Shown here: positions 13,503-27,607 of the stretch, in pieces
How the letters are laid out: each line of letters starts with the position of its first letter
How positions within the stretch are numbered: the stretch's first letter is position 1
From: Eledone cirrhosa
Lineage: Eukaryota
Reading direction: 5' to 3'
Assembly (NCBI GenBank): GCA_964016885.1
Contig: OZ024740.1
Location: 227,354,001 to 227,418,000 of the forward strand
DNA: 64,000 nt
The notes under the pieces: generated by a model
What the model saw: the letters and a program-made list of their open reading frames with translations, nothing else
What the model was told of the DNA's origin: nothing
Database searches by the model: none
Translations under genes and position numbers: made by a program

Positions 13503-13787
13503 TAAAGACTGTCTGGAACCCGGAGGTCCATCAGGCCTATAATTATTCCAGTTTCCATAGCGTGGAGTAACTGATAGCATAAAGACCTCTGCAGACAGGA
13601 TGCCAGTCCATCATAGGATTACACATCCAGCTACCACTGGTACTCATTTTCAGCTGAGTATACTGGAGCAAAGTGAAGTATTTTGCTCAAGAACACAACA
13701 CACAACACACAACACAGTCCAGGAATTAAACCCACAATATTATGATCATTAGTCCAACATTCTTACCACTAAGCCACATGCCTCCAC
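13503..13787 (-). mobile_element. tRNA-derived SINE family B
   Basis: Related tRNA-like head with a different 3' part. Homologous to 40848-41128 and 63399-63655. Confidence 0.75.
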
Positions 13788-14616
13788 AAGTCAATTTAGG
13801 GAAATAAAGTATCTTTCTTATGGCTACAGAACACTGCTGGGAATCGAACACAATCATAAGTGTATCCCTTTAATCATATTGACACTAAAACATTTGCTTT
13901 TTTAAACATTCTTTTAATTTTCAGAGTGTTTTACTAAAAAGAACTTCATAATACTACATGTCAGAATTCTGACTATATATGTCAAGAAAAACTAATATTC
14001 CAAATATAACGAGATGAATTTCAATATACATATATAATAGAACCCATAAAATATTTAAGTTATCGGAGACCTGCCAGTTACTTTGAGTTAATAATATTTA
14101 GATAACTTACACACATCAATTATATTCACTGGAATTTTTTTTTTTTTTTTTTTTGGCGAATCTTTCTTAAAGTGTAAACTGAGGATAACAAAGAAAAACA
14201 TTGAATATTAAAGATAACATTTATTTTCATTTCATTTAGACAAATCATATATATATACATATATATATATTTATAGAGAGAGAGAGAGAGAGAGAGACAC
14301 ACACACACATATATATATAATTAACATGTTCACTCTGACATAGCTACATACATATAAGTATATGTATTTTGTATATGTAGCAATATACAGTATGTTTACA
14401 AATAAACATTTGAAAGCCTTTAGCTATGACTTTTCGAAGCTGATGACATACAGCCATCAGGCGGATTCCAATGACTCTGGTCATTATCAAGACAACATTC
14501 CCTCATCCTGCACCCTGATCTCTGCAAGAAGTCAATATAGTCAAAAGCGATGATCATCAACTTCAGCTGGAATCCACCTGATGGCTATACATCATCAGCT
14601 TCCAAAATTCAGTTAA

Positions 14617-14835
14617 CCCTTTAGCATTTGCATTATTCTATATATACTATTGAATTTTCACAGTAAAGGCTTCATCTTACATAATTATCTCACATAATAT
14701 CAAATTTATGAGATTTTGATATTATTTATTTAAGAACAATACTTTAACGTTGTTATGAGTGGCCAGTTATAACCAGTTTGAACAGAAGATGTGAAAGAAT
14801 TCTGGCCGGATATGGCCGGTTTGAATGCTAAAGGG
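14617..14835. mobile_element. piggyBac-type MITE
   Basis: ttaa|ccctttagcatt ... aatgctaaaggg|tttaa. Homolog in opposite orientation at 39880-40097. Confidence 0.8.
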
Positions 14836-14934
14836 TTTAAAGGCTTTCAAATAAATGTTTATTTGTAAAGATACCATATATGACAAGATATATAAAATGT
14901 ACATCCATACACACACACATATATATATATATAC

Positions 14935-15122
14935 CAAAGAGGGTGTGGTAAGATACCCGGTGGACCATAACGCACCAGAGTACTCAATACTTAGGGTAGT
15001 AGAGTGGGTAATATGAAAAGAGTCAAGGCCCCGACAGCTGAACTCCGGTTGTTTCGACAGCTAGCTGCGTTTGGATCTAACTGTCGAAATAGCTGGAGCT
15101 CAGCCATCAGGGTCCTGACTCT

Positions 15123-15130
<8 letters not shown>
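14935..15130. repeat. Hairpin pseudo-LTR remnant, with a related copy at 24780-24912
   Basis: Arms 15011-15064 and 15077-15130 (atatgaaaagagtca...tttcgacag / ctgtcgaaa...tgactcttttcatat). Confidence 0.7.
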
Positions 15131-15183
<53 letters not shown>

Positions 15184-15276
15184 GTACTCAATACATATTG
15201 TAGAATATGTAATATTTAAACTAAATTCCTTTCTCACAACTCAAGTCTCCCAACACTTAAATTATATATATATGTA

Positions 15277-15575
15277 GGGTAAAGGGTAAAGACCCCCTTC
15301 GATCAAAAGTGACCATGGGATTTGCACCTAGAAAATTCCCCTCCGAGGTACAAATCCATGCAAGGTTGTTTGTGGAAGACCAGCAGTCGTCCTTGCATAC
15401 CAGTTTCCTCTCTCCACATCACCAATGTTGTCAAGGGAAAGGCAAGCCAATACAGCTTGGCACCTGTGACAGCTTAGTAAACTGGAGCAATGTGAAATAA
15501 AAAGTCTTGTTCAAGGATACAGTGTATTACCTTGTCTGGGTATCAAACTCACAACCTCACGATTGCAATCCATTG
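15277..15575 (-). mobile_element. tRNA-derived SINE family C
   Basis: Shares the actggagcaatgtgaaataaa domain with family A but has a distinct tail. Second copy at 46030-46345. Confidence 0.7.
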
Positions 15576-15940
15576 TCCATTATGTTACAACATTCTTTTT
15601 CCTTTTCTCACAAGCATTTCTAATTGATCTCTATCTTTTTCTTGCTTCATCTTGAAATATATATCATCATCATCATCATCATCATCACCGTTTAATGTCT
15701 GTTTTCCACGCTGACATTGGTTAGATAATTATCCTTTTGTGAGCAAATGGCAGATCAGGTGACCATGTCTTGCTCATACAGAACCGATTTTGGCTTAGGT
15801 TCTACAACTGGATGCCCTCCCTAGTGTCAACCTCATTTACAGTGAGTAGCGGGTGCTTTTTGTTGTGAGGCCTACTCAAATACTTTACAGTGTAATACTT
15901 CAGGTATGACCTGTGTGCATGGGAATTCATACATACATAT

Positions 15941-16386
<446 letters not shown>

Positions 16387-16862
16387 GTTTAACGTCCATT
16401 TTCCACGCTAGCATGGGTCTGGACGGGAATTGTCCCACTTGAGGCAAGATTGGTTGTCTTGCTCAGGACTGTCTGGAGGGTTTTCTACGGCTGGATGCCC
16501 TTCCTAACACCAACCACGTTTACAGTGTGGACTGGGAGATTTTTACCGTGTTACCTACATCCACATTACAGCGTGGACTGTGTGTGTTTTTTTTTGTCGT
16601 GAGACTTACACAACCTCATTTGTTTCGAGAGAGAGAGAGAGAGAGAGAGAAAGAAAGATAGTAGATATATATAAATATATATTATGTGAATTTTTATAAT
16701 TTTATGTCCACTTTTCCATGATTGCATAGGTTAGACTAATCCTCTCTAGTATACACATATATATATATATGTACTGGAGAGGATTAGTATAACACCAATT
16801 GCGGGTTGGATATATATATATATATCCAACCCGCAATTGGTGTTATACTAATCCTCTCCAGT

Positions 16863-16893
<31 letters not shown>

Positions 16894-16894
<1 letters not shown>

Positions 16895-17203
16895 TGCAAT
16901 CGAAAGGTTGTGAGTTCAATTCTCAGACCGGGGGATGTGTTGTTTCCTTGAGCAAGACACTTTATTTCACATTGCTCCAGGTTACTCAGCTGTAGAAATG
17001 AGATGATAGGGACTGGGGTCCCTATCATTCCACTGCAAAGTGGACGTGTAGGTGCCACGGCAAAAAAGCACCCACCACTCACTGTAAATGAGGTTGGTGT
17101 TAGGAAGGGCATCCAGCTGTAGAAATCAAGCCAGAATCAGTTCCCGTCCCACCCTTGCAAACAGGGAAAAAGCGGACGTAGAATGAAATGATGAAGATGA
17201 TGA

Positions 17204-17207
<4 letters not shown>
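16894..17207 (+). mobile_element. SINE family A, 5'-truncated
   Basis: Matches the 15941 copy from ttgcaatcgaaagg onward. Confidence 0.85.
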
Positions 17208-17250
<43 letters not shown>

Positions 17251-17672
17251 CATATATTGAAATATAGAAAAAGTAGAACAATGTATTCGTATTTATTTAC
17301 ATTTGTATTTCTATATATATGTGTGTGTGTGTTAAAATTATATATATGTATATATATATATAAAGGTGGATGGCTTAGTGGTTAGAGATCGGGCTTACAA
17401 TCCTGAGGTTGTGAGTTTGATTCTCAGACCGGGCTTTGCGTTGTGTTCTTGAGCAAAACACTTTATTTTATATTGCCCCAGTACATTCAGATGTAGAAAT
17501 GAGTTTACCGAGCTATGGGTTAAATAATCTCACCAACCCGCAATTGGCCAAGCGTGATGAGTACGGCTATACTCCTGACATGACCAAAACCAAAAATAGA
17601 AAACAATGGTGGTCAACCAGGGAGGCGTTCCTCCGGTAGGAGTGAAAAGGCCCTGGATTGAATATATATATA

Positions 17673-17982
17673 TCATCATCATCATTTCATCATTTCATTT
17701 TACGTCCGCTTTTTCCCTGCTTGCAAGGGTGGGACGGGAACTGATTCTGGCTTGATTTCTACAGCTGGATGCCCTTCCTAACACCAACCTCATTTACAGT
17801 GAGTGCTGGGTGCTTTTTTGCCATGGCGCCTACACGTCCACTTTGCAGTGGAATGATAGGGACCCCGGTCTCTATCATCTCATTTCTACAGCTGAGTAAA
17901 CTGGAGCAATGTGAAATAAAGTGTCTTGCTCAAGGAAACAACACATCACCCGGTCTGAGAATTGAACTCACAACCTTTCGAT

Positions 17983-17984
<2 letters not shown>
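17673..17984 (-). mobile_element. SINE family A, 5'-truncated, inverted
   Basis: Reverse complement of 16897-17207. Confidence 0.85.
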
Positions 17985-18056
<72 letters not shown>

Positions 18057-18519
18057 TGAGAAGGACCTGTCCAACCCATGCAAGCGTGGAACAACTGGCG
18101 TAAAATTATAATGATTATATCTTCTACTTACATTCGATCCTCCAAACTACCAAAACTGTGTACCATTCCTATCCACACTGATCCAAAAGGTGCCATCTCA
18201 AGAGCTATGGTCACTGTCCCTCCTCTTGAGACTAAATAATAAAATGTATCTTTCTATTTTTTTAATTAACACTTTTGACATACCTGAAGGCATTGACAAC
18301 TTAATAACTTTTTTGTTATTTAGTGCTAAGTGGACTGAGAAAATAAAAGTTATGCATCTTGATAGAGTAGTTTAGGAATGATAAAATAGGAACACACACA
18401 CATATATATATATATATATACACACACATACACACACATATATATATATACACACACACACATATACATATATATATACACACACACACACACATATATA
18501 TATATGTGTACACATACAC

Positions 18520-18564
<45 letters not shown>

Positions 18565-18619
18565 CACACACACACACATATATATATATATACACACACA
18601 CATATATATATATATATGT

Positions 18620-18668
<49 letters not shown>

Positions 18669-18870
18669 AAGAAACTTAATATCCAAAGAAGTGATGATGG
18701 ATTAAATCTAATCTGCAGCTGGGTTCGATGATAAATTAGTAAATGTATTAGACAATTTTACATTATTAATAGAAAACATTATGTTCGCAAGAAATTTGAG
18801 ATGTTCAACTTCCATCAGTTGCAGACACAGTATGTGTATATATATATATATATATATGCACATGTATATG

Positions 18871-18936
<66 letters not shown>

Positions 18937-18938
18937 TG

Positions 18939-18982
<44 letters not shown>

Positions 18983-18994
18983 CACATGTATATG

Positions 18995-19052
<58 letters not shown>

Positions 19053-19060
19053 TGTATATG

Positions 19061-19106
<46 letters not shown>

Positions 19107-19114
19107 TGTATATG

Positions 19115-19151
<37 letters not shown>

Positions 19152-19221
19152 AGATAAATTAAACAAATTGATGGCACATGCTCTCTCCTTCTCTCTAGCA
19201 TGTTACCCTTTCTACATATTG

Positions 19222-19266
<45 letters not shown>

Positions 19267-19554
19267 TGTGTATATATATATAATATATATAAATGAAATG
19301 TATAGAAATATATATATAATATATACATATATATTATATATATATATATAATATATATATATAATATATATGTATATAATATATATATATATAATATATA
19401 TATATATAATATATATATATAATATATATATAATATATATATATATATAATATATATATATATAATATATATATATATATAATATATATATATATATAAT
19501 ATATATATATAATATATATATATATAATATATATATGCGTGTTTATATATATAT

Positions 19555-19936
19555 ATATTAAAATATAAGTATTAATAAAATAGATGTTCTTTTGATCAAT
19601 TACATTTTATTATACATATTTCGGATGTACAACAGTACGTCCTCATCAGACAAAATATAATGATATATGACATACGCTAGATGTTAAATGGTTAAGATTT
19701 AATCAAGGTAGTACCTTGATTACAGTACGTCCTCGTCAGATAAAATATAATGATACATGACATACCCTGAGATGTTAAATACCTTGATTATATCTTAACC
19801 ATTTAACATCTCAGGGTATGTCATGTATCATTATATTTTGTCTGATGAGGACGTACTGTTGTACATCCAAAATATGTATAATAAAATGTAATTGATCAAA
19901 AGAACATCTATTTTATTAATACTTATATTTTAATAT
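19555..19936. repeat. Inverted repeat (~155-bp arms) of a Penelope-like pseudo-LTR
   Basis: Arms 19555-19710 and 19780-19936. The spacer is a third partial copy. A hammerhead motif lies in each arm. Confidence 0.85.
19600..19660 (-). ncRNA. Type-I hammerhead motif with intact core, in the left arm of an inverted repeat
   Basis: - strand reads UUAUAUUUUGU CUGAUGA GGACGUAC UGUU GUACAUCC GAA AUAUGUAU A AUAAAAUGUAA. The + strand partner at 19831-19891 has GAAA changed to AAAA. Confidence 0.75.
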
Positions 19937-20173
19937 TAATAACTCCTGAAAATTATTTTAACTGTTGAGTGCTTCCAATCTACTGTAAAACTTATTCTTT
20001 GACATAATCCTCGAATATTGTTTAACAACTTAATATTTATATATACCTATACTTATGAACATCATCACTTAATGTCCATTTTCCCAGCTTGCAAGCTATA
20101 AATATATATATATCAATGATGTATAACTAGACACATATATAGATAGTATATATGCAGATGTGTTCATACACAT

Positions 20174-20207
<34 letters not shown>

Positions 20208-20883
20208 TATAGGGAGAGGGAGAGAGAAAGAGAGATACAGACAGACAAATATACTCTTATATGAAAATATATATATGTGTGTGTGTATGTGTGTAAGTGT
20301 GTGTGTCTGTGTCTATATATATATATATATAGTCATACAGAAAATAAAGAAAATAAAGAGAAAGAAGGAAAAGACCAAAAACAATATAAACATGGTTGGA
20401 CTTCGTTTTACTTCAAATGATGGAATTAAATGAGGCAGCTTAAAAGCAAATTCATTTTCTCTTTATCGCTGAGAGGAGAGAAACCATAATAATAACTATG
20501 TTGCTGTTATTGTTGCTGTTGCTACTGTTTTAAGTTGTGTCAACTACTACTGCTACTATATTACTGCCTCTGGGCAGTAAATGGTGTGGATAAAATTACT
20601 TCATATTTAAGTATAATATATAGCAACACCAACTTGTTGTATTGCAGGTAGTAAAGCTGGAGTAAAAACAACAAAAGTAGTTACACAAGCAGTCGAGTCG
20701 TATATTTTGCATTAGTAGATTTACCAGTGTCATAGGTGCAGGCATGGCTGTGTAGTTTAGGAGCTCACGACACAACCACATGGTTTGGAGTTCAGTCACA
20801 CTTCATGGCACCTTTAGCAAAGGTCTTCCCTTCCTATAGCCATTGAGTTGACCAGTGCCTTGTGAATGGATTATCGCCAAGAT

Positions 20884-20934
20884 TCTTGTCTGATGATTGT
20901 ATGAGCACACAGGTGAAACTCCAGAGTAACAAGA
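20884..20934 (+). ncRNA. Type-I hammerhead motif with damaged stem II
   Basis: UCUUGU CUGAUGA uuguaugagcacacaggu GAA ACUCCAGAGU A ACAAGA. The inverted partial copy at 21557-21587 retains the perfect palindrome ACTCTAGAGT. Confidence 0.7.
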
Positions 20935-20938
20935 CATA

Positions 20939-21332
20939 TATAACCATAATGAAGTATATTATTATTAAACTCTACTTTGGTATTGAGTACTCATTCTCAT
21001 ATTTATCAACAACACATGAATAAATATATACATATATATTATATTATTTATGTTCATACACAGAACAAAAGTGCTACCTAAGGTTTCAAGGCCCAATATT
21101 GACCATATCTCCAGAATCATCATCATCATCATTTTACGTCCGCTTTGATGATGATTTTGGAGATATGGTCAATATTGGGCCTTGAAACCTTAGGTAGCAC
21201 TTTTGTTCTGTGTATGAACATAAATAATATAATATATATGTATATATTTATTCATGTGTTGTTGATAAATATGAGAATGAGTACTCAATACCAAAGTAGA
21301 GTTTAATAATAATATACTTTATTATGGTTATA
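20939..21332. repeat. Near-perfect inverted repeat (~185-bp arms), pseudo-LTR-like
   Basis: Arms 20939-21125 and 21146-21332. The spacer is an RTE-tail fragment (tcattttacgtccgctt). The arms carry the half-hammerhead GAAACCTTAGGTA. Confidence 0.9.
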
Positions 21333-21487
21333 GTACAAATTTGATATAAATATCTAAGGGTTAGAGCACTCAGTCCATAGAATGAGTTACATATAATTAG
21401 TTACAACATTGACAGGCTGAATGAGTTGGGGTGAATAACCCAACAAAACTTAGGCCCTCGTACTTGTCACTGGTGTAACTAAGTATG

Positions 21488-21535
<48 letters not shown>

Positions 21536-21921
21536 TTTAATTGTTAAGTGCTGAGCCTTGTTACTCTAGAGTTTCACTTGTGCACAGTATGTTTTCTCAC
21601 TTCTGTCAATAATATATATAATGGGACCACCGAGCTCACAAATTACAGTTCTGCTGTGAGCAGCATAGAGTACGTCCAACTAACTAGAGCCTCCTCATAA
21701 CAGCACCACCCAGTTCCACACTGTAAACGTGATTTATGTTACGAAGGGCATCCAGCTGTAAATATCCAAGCCAAAATACAGACCCATTTGAGCAAAAGTA
21801 TGGCATGGCCAGTTAGCCAGATTTGTCTCATAACATGAACAACACATCTAACCCATGCAAGCATGGAAAGGAAAAAATAGATGTTAAGCAGTGATGATGA
21901 TGATATATATATATATATATT

Positions 21922-22046
21922 TATTAAAATAATAGATTAAAGTTTAAGCAAAGAATCGTTGCTTTCACCCTTAACGGGATCTTCTGAAACTAACAAAGGG
22001 TGAAAGCAGCGATTCTTTGCTTAAACTTTAATCTGTTATTTTAATA
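21922..22046. repeat. Inverted repeat (~50-bp arms), pseudo-LTR-like
   Basis: tattaaaataatagattaaagtttaagcaaagaatcgttgctttcaccctt versus aagggtgaaagcagcgattctttgcttaaactttaatctgttattttaata. Confidence 0.85.
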
Positions 22047-22134
22047 TATATTTGCTCTACGGTTCTTATATATTTGATATATATTTATCCTTATTGAGCC
22101 CTCTTTGGATTTTAGTCTTCAAATTTATTATTAT

Positions 22135-22174
<40 letters not shown>

Positions 22175-22180
22175 CCGTGC

Positions 22181-22211
<31 letters not shown>

Positions 22212-22525
22212 GGTGTGTGTGTGTGCGTGTGCGGGTGTGGGCGTGTGTATGTGCAAGGGTGTGCTTATTTTCAACCTCCATGCATGAGAGACCGTTTATG
22301 GATCCTCAAGCATGGAGGTTGACTTGCTTCAGCCTGCTCACAGATTCTGTTGCTGGCATGTGGGAGCATCATGATATGTTGCGAGTGGACCTAAAATCAC
22401 CTTTCAGAAAAGGGGATAGAGTTCAAGGGTGCACATAATGTATAATGTTTGCTGGACCCTCCTTTGCAATCTGTGGCAGGAGAGTCTATCATATACACAT
22501 ATATGTATGTATATGTATGTATGTG

Positions 22526-22868
22526 TCATCATCATCATCATCACCGTTTTACGTCCGTTCTTCCACGCTAGCATGGGTTAGACGGGTTGTCCTGTTGTGG
22601 GCAGTGTCTGGTCGGCTGACCATGCCTTGCTCATACAGGAACTGATCTGGCTTGATTTCTACAGCTGGATGCCCTTCCTAACCCCAACCTCATTTACAGT
22701 GAGTGCTGGGTGCTTTTTCGTGGCGCCTACACGTCCACTTTACAGTGTGGGCTGGGTGCTTTTTTGCCGTGGCACCTCTACGACTACCTTGCGGTGGGCG
22801 GAGTGGGGGCATATTGTTTATATGCTTCAGCATGTACCCATGGGAGGTCGGGTACCCTGTATTACAGT
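22526..22868 (-). mobile_element. Chimeric retroposon copy, 5'-truncated
   Basis: Near-identical reverse complement of ~59410-59757. The ORF track shows the same pseudo-ORFs ([24 protein letters not shown]). Confidence 0.85.
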
Positions 22869-23337
22869 GTATACATATATATGTATATATATATATATAT
22901 ATGTGTGTCTGTATATATATATATATATACATGCATATATATATGTAACATATATATGTATATATATGTATGTATATATGTATATATATATATATATACA
23001 TATATATTTACACACACACATACATATATATATATATTTATAAATATGCATGCATATATATCATGATGATGATGATGAAGATGATGATGATATATATGAC
23101 TACATATATATATATGCATGTATATATATATATATATATGCATATATGTATATATATATACATGCATATATATATATATATATCATAATCATCATCGTAT
23201 ATATATGCATACATATTTATAAATATATATATATGTGTGTGTGTGTGTAAATATATATGTATATATATATATATATAAATATAAAAATATATGCTAGCAT
23301 GGAAGATAGACGTTAAACGATGATGATGATGAGATAA

Positions 23338-23380
<43 letters not shown>

Positions 23381-23506
23381 TGTCATCATTATCGGTTAAC
23401 ATCTATCTTCCACGCTAGCATATATTTATTTTTATATTTATATATATATAGAGAGAGAGAGAGAGATGTGTGTGTGTGTATATATATATATATACACACA
23501 CACACA

Positions 23507-23537
<31 letters not shown>

Positions 23538-23638
23538 TTATTATCGAGCCCTCTTTGGATTTTAGTCTTCGCATTTATTATTATTACTATATATATATAT
23601 ATATGATATATATGTGTATATATATGTATATATGTATA

Positions 23639-23684
<46 letters not shown>

Positions 23685-24097
23685 TGTATACACAGAGATT
23701 TTTAAACACCCACAGATTTACACACACATATATATCACAAAGTGATTTGACTTGCGTTCATGGTTTTATTTTCGAATAAATCATTTGCATACAGAGACTA
23801 TTTAAATCAATTCACGTGCACACATACACACATATACACACACACAAAAATTCATACACACAATTATGAATCTAGTGTAATTTCTATGTCTGATAAATGA
23901 AGGATGCTGCAATAGCATTCCTTTATCTAGTTTGACATTAGGCCAACACATGATATGAATAAAATTTCTCAGGAGATCAAATTTGAATAAAATATATAAA
24001 TAAATAAACATAAAAATATACTAAAACAACAACAATAATAACATCAATGTTAATAATAATAATAATAATAATGATGATGATGATGATGATGATGATA

Positions 24098-24135
<38 letters not shown>

Positions 24136-24432
24136 AATAATAATAGGGACTTAACCCTGTCACTTTCAATGCCATTTACAAATATGTTTTAAGAATAGTC
24201 ACTAGGAAATCATTGTCCTCATCATCACTATCAACATCATCACCATCATTATAAGCATCATCATCATCATAATCATTATCATCATATGTCTTAGCAACAG
24301 CAGGCAGACCATTGTATTCTTTTTCTTTGTTGTTTATGCTTCTTTATTTATTTAAAAATCTGTTTTCCAATATTGGAAGGGGTTAAATATGTCCGTTGTA
24401 CAGCCTCTCTATCTTTCTCAACTTTATCTGTG

Positions 24433-24500
<68 letters not shown>

Positions 24501-24983
24501 ATGTGTGTGTGTGTATGTGTGCGTGTCTGTGTCTGTGTGTCATCATCATCATCATTTTTTGTCCATCTTTCATGCTGGAATGGTTGGGGGACGGTTTAGC
24601 ACTGTTATTGACTTAATATGTTCCATTTTTGGCATGGATGCCTTTTCAAATCAGAACCACATTACAGGGTGTACTGGGTGGATTTTATCATAGTACCTGC
24701 ACTACCAATTTGCAGAGTGTACTTAGTGTATTTTATTATGATATGCATACAAACGCTCACAAATATATATATATATAAGTCAGAATGAATGCAGTAAAAA
24801 CCAGTTAGACCATTACTCACCAGAGTACTTGAAACTAGGCTAGGGATAGTAGAGTAAGTAATATGAAGGATTTGGCAGGAGCTCAACCGTCAGGGTCCCG
24901 AATCCTTCATATATATATATATATATATATATTGAAATGCGCATAATAAAATACATGGAACTCCTTTAACCATCTTTTGATCT

Positions 24984-25083
<100 letters not shown>

Positions 25084-26687
25084 ATATATATTACATTTCT
25101 ACATAAAACACTAACCCCTTCTCTGCGCCTATCACTGCTTCTTAAGAACACTTCCTGCAACTTGAATAACAAACTTTATTCCATCTATATAAAGAAAAAT
25201 AATAACAACATTCTAAATAAATAAATAACAGTTATGTAATGCCTGCTACATAAACCCACATACCACCATCTATTAGATAATTTTCCAGTCCTGCAATGTC
25301 ACACAAAAGATATCATTCAAACTATACAAGAAAATTAACTAATAACAGTAAATTGTAATTTGTACAGTCAAAAAATTCCATCTATATAATATGCTTATTG
25401 AATCTAACTGCTTGCTCTACGCTAACTGTTTTGATATTATATTTATTCCTGAAACCTTGTGAAGTTGGTAAACCTTATTTTTATTCTTTATATTTTCCTG
25501 AAGATATGCAAGTTTTAGGTATTATGTATGGTGTAGTTAATTTTTAACTAATAATTTCCAGTAGTCCTGCAAATACATGTACCATTATGACCGTATTGAA
25601 ATGGACATAGAAATAAAGGAATTAATGTAAATTGATAACCTTGATTTTTTGGAGGGAGAGGGATGCCCAAGAAATGCCATAAGTCAATATGGCGCCCCTA
25701 CAACTCTCTCAGGAGTTATGGGACCATACATATATATATATATATATATAAACACTCTTTGCCATTTACCAATGTGACTTTATGGTAATGCATCCTCTTC
25801 TTTGTTCATTTCTTGTTATCATGATATATATATATATTTATTGTCTCTGATCGAGACGAAGCAAGAGTGTATTTGAATACATATAAAGATGAGAAAACTC
25901 ATCCCTAGAACAGCCGTTAAAATAGCTAAATGCTGTCAAAGACAGCGATGGCCAAAAAGGCCTCAGAGAACAGAGACCAACAGCCAGTGGTCAACAGAGA
26001 GACAATCCACGATGTGGATGACAGGCAGATGAAATATAGAAAAGATTGAAAGAGGAGGACGATGAGAAGTGTGCTGATGCACAGAAGTGAACAAAAGAAG
26101 GAAAGGCAATGTACAAGACAAGTATACTTACACACATCTCTACCCTCATCAGCTCTCAAACCAGCAAAATGGTTTCACACAATTTAATTGAGAGTACCAT
26201 CTTAAAATGCTGGAATGTGCAAAATAAATTTTTCTGTTGGTATGATGTCTGTGTGTGATAAAATAACGAGTGCCAATAGAAGGAGGAAAGAAAGCAAAGA
26301 AAAGAATGGGATAGTGAACCTCAAGCTGTGGTGTCTGTCCGAAAATAGAAAGCTAATCCTAACTATGATAAGGTTAAAACTATGTTATCTCTGGTCGAGA
26401 TGAAGTAAGAGTGTATTTCACTAGAACAGCCGTTAAAACAGTTCATTTCTACAGCTGAGTTAACTGGAGTAACATAAAATAAAGTGTCTTACTTAAGGAT
26501 GCAACGCATCACCCTGTCCAAGATTCAAACTCACAACCTCTCTTAGCCCAACGTTCTTAGTGCCTTCACACACACATACACACACATATATATATATAAT
26601 TATATATATATTCATATATAGTATATATATATATATGTATATTATATCTATATTCAATTATATATATATATATATACATATATATAA

Positions 26688-27060
26688 AAGCCGGCCTTAC
26701 CCAATTGCACCTCTCAAAGACGATGACACACGACCGTGAGCTCTGGTGTCACGCAGTAATACAGAAGACGTGACTCCCCACGGGTACAAGCCGAAGCTAA
26801 ATCATATAGACAATATGCCCCCACCCCCTCCCACTGCAAAGTGGTTGTAGAGGTGCCACGGCAAAAAAGCACCCAACTCACACTGTAAAGTGGACGTGTA
26901 GGTGCCACGGGAAAAAACCACCCAGTACTCACTGTAAATGAGGTTGGTGTTAGGAAGGACATCCAGCTGTAGAAATCAAGCCAACCGGACAAGCCCACAA
27001 CAGGACAACCCGTCTAACCCATGCTAGCGTGGAAGAATGGATGTAAGACAGGATGATGAT
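26688..27060 (+). mobile_element. Chimeric non-autonomous retroposon (RTE C-terminus head, SINE-type body, RTE-type tail)
   Basis: Homologous to 59345-59757 and 22526-22868(-). The head translates KAGLTQLHLSKTMTHDRELWCHAVIQKT*. Confidence 0.8.
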
Positions 27061-27073
27061 ATATATATATATA

Positions 27074-27607
27074 TATAAGTTTAGGAATAACCAAAGAGTG
27101 CTTAGAAATACATTGTTTTATTTGCTAACATTGTTTCGTCCATACCCTAGGGCAGGAATCATCAGAGCCTATAAACAAAAGTATATCAAAGGTTGCAGGC
27201 TCCATCGAGCCTAGTCACCAGAACAAGTAAGGACACAATACATGATACATATAATGTCATAAAAAATTACATCAAAAGTTTATCACATAAATGGTGTAAT
27301 AGATCATAAGGAGGTTGAGAGAGGAGAGCAAGAAATGAATGAGGGCGTTACTCAGCATGATCAAAAAACAAACCAAGCATAGATACATCAATTCACAAGC
27401 AGTGCAAGTACATGATTTACATGCAGAGTATGAAAGCTTGTAAGCAGGAGTCAGTAAACAGAAAAGTTGGTTATCTGTTGAGAAAAGCAGGATTGTTTAT
27501 AGGGAAAATGGTACACTGATGATTCCTCCCCTAGGGTATGGATGAAACACTATTAGCAAATAAAACAATGTATTTCTAAGCACTCTTTGGTTATTCCTAA
27601 ACTTATA
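27074..27607. repeat. Inverted repeat (~90-bp arms, ~350-bp spacer), Penelope-like remnant
   Basis: Arms 27074-27165 and 27516-27607, both bounded on the inside exactly at CTGATGA. Confidence 0.85.
27112..27180 (-). ncRNA. Type-I hammerhead motif in an inverted-repeat arm
   Basis: - strand reads GCU CUGAUGA UUCC UGCCCUAGGGUA U GGAC GAA ACAAUGU U AGC. The + strand partner at 27516-27558 is more degenerate. Confidence 0.7.
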
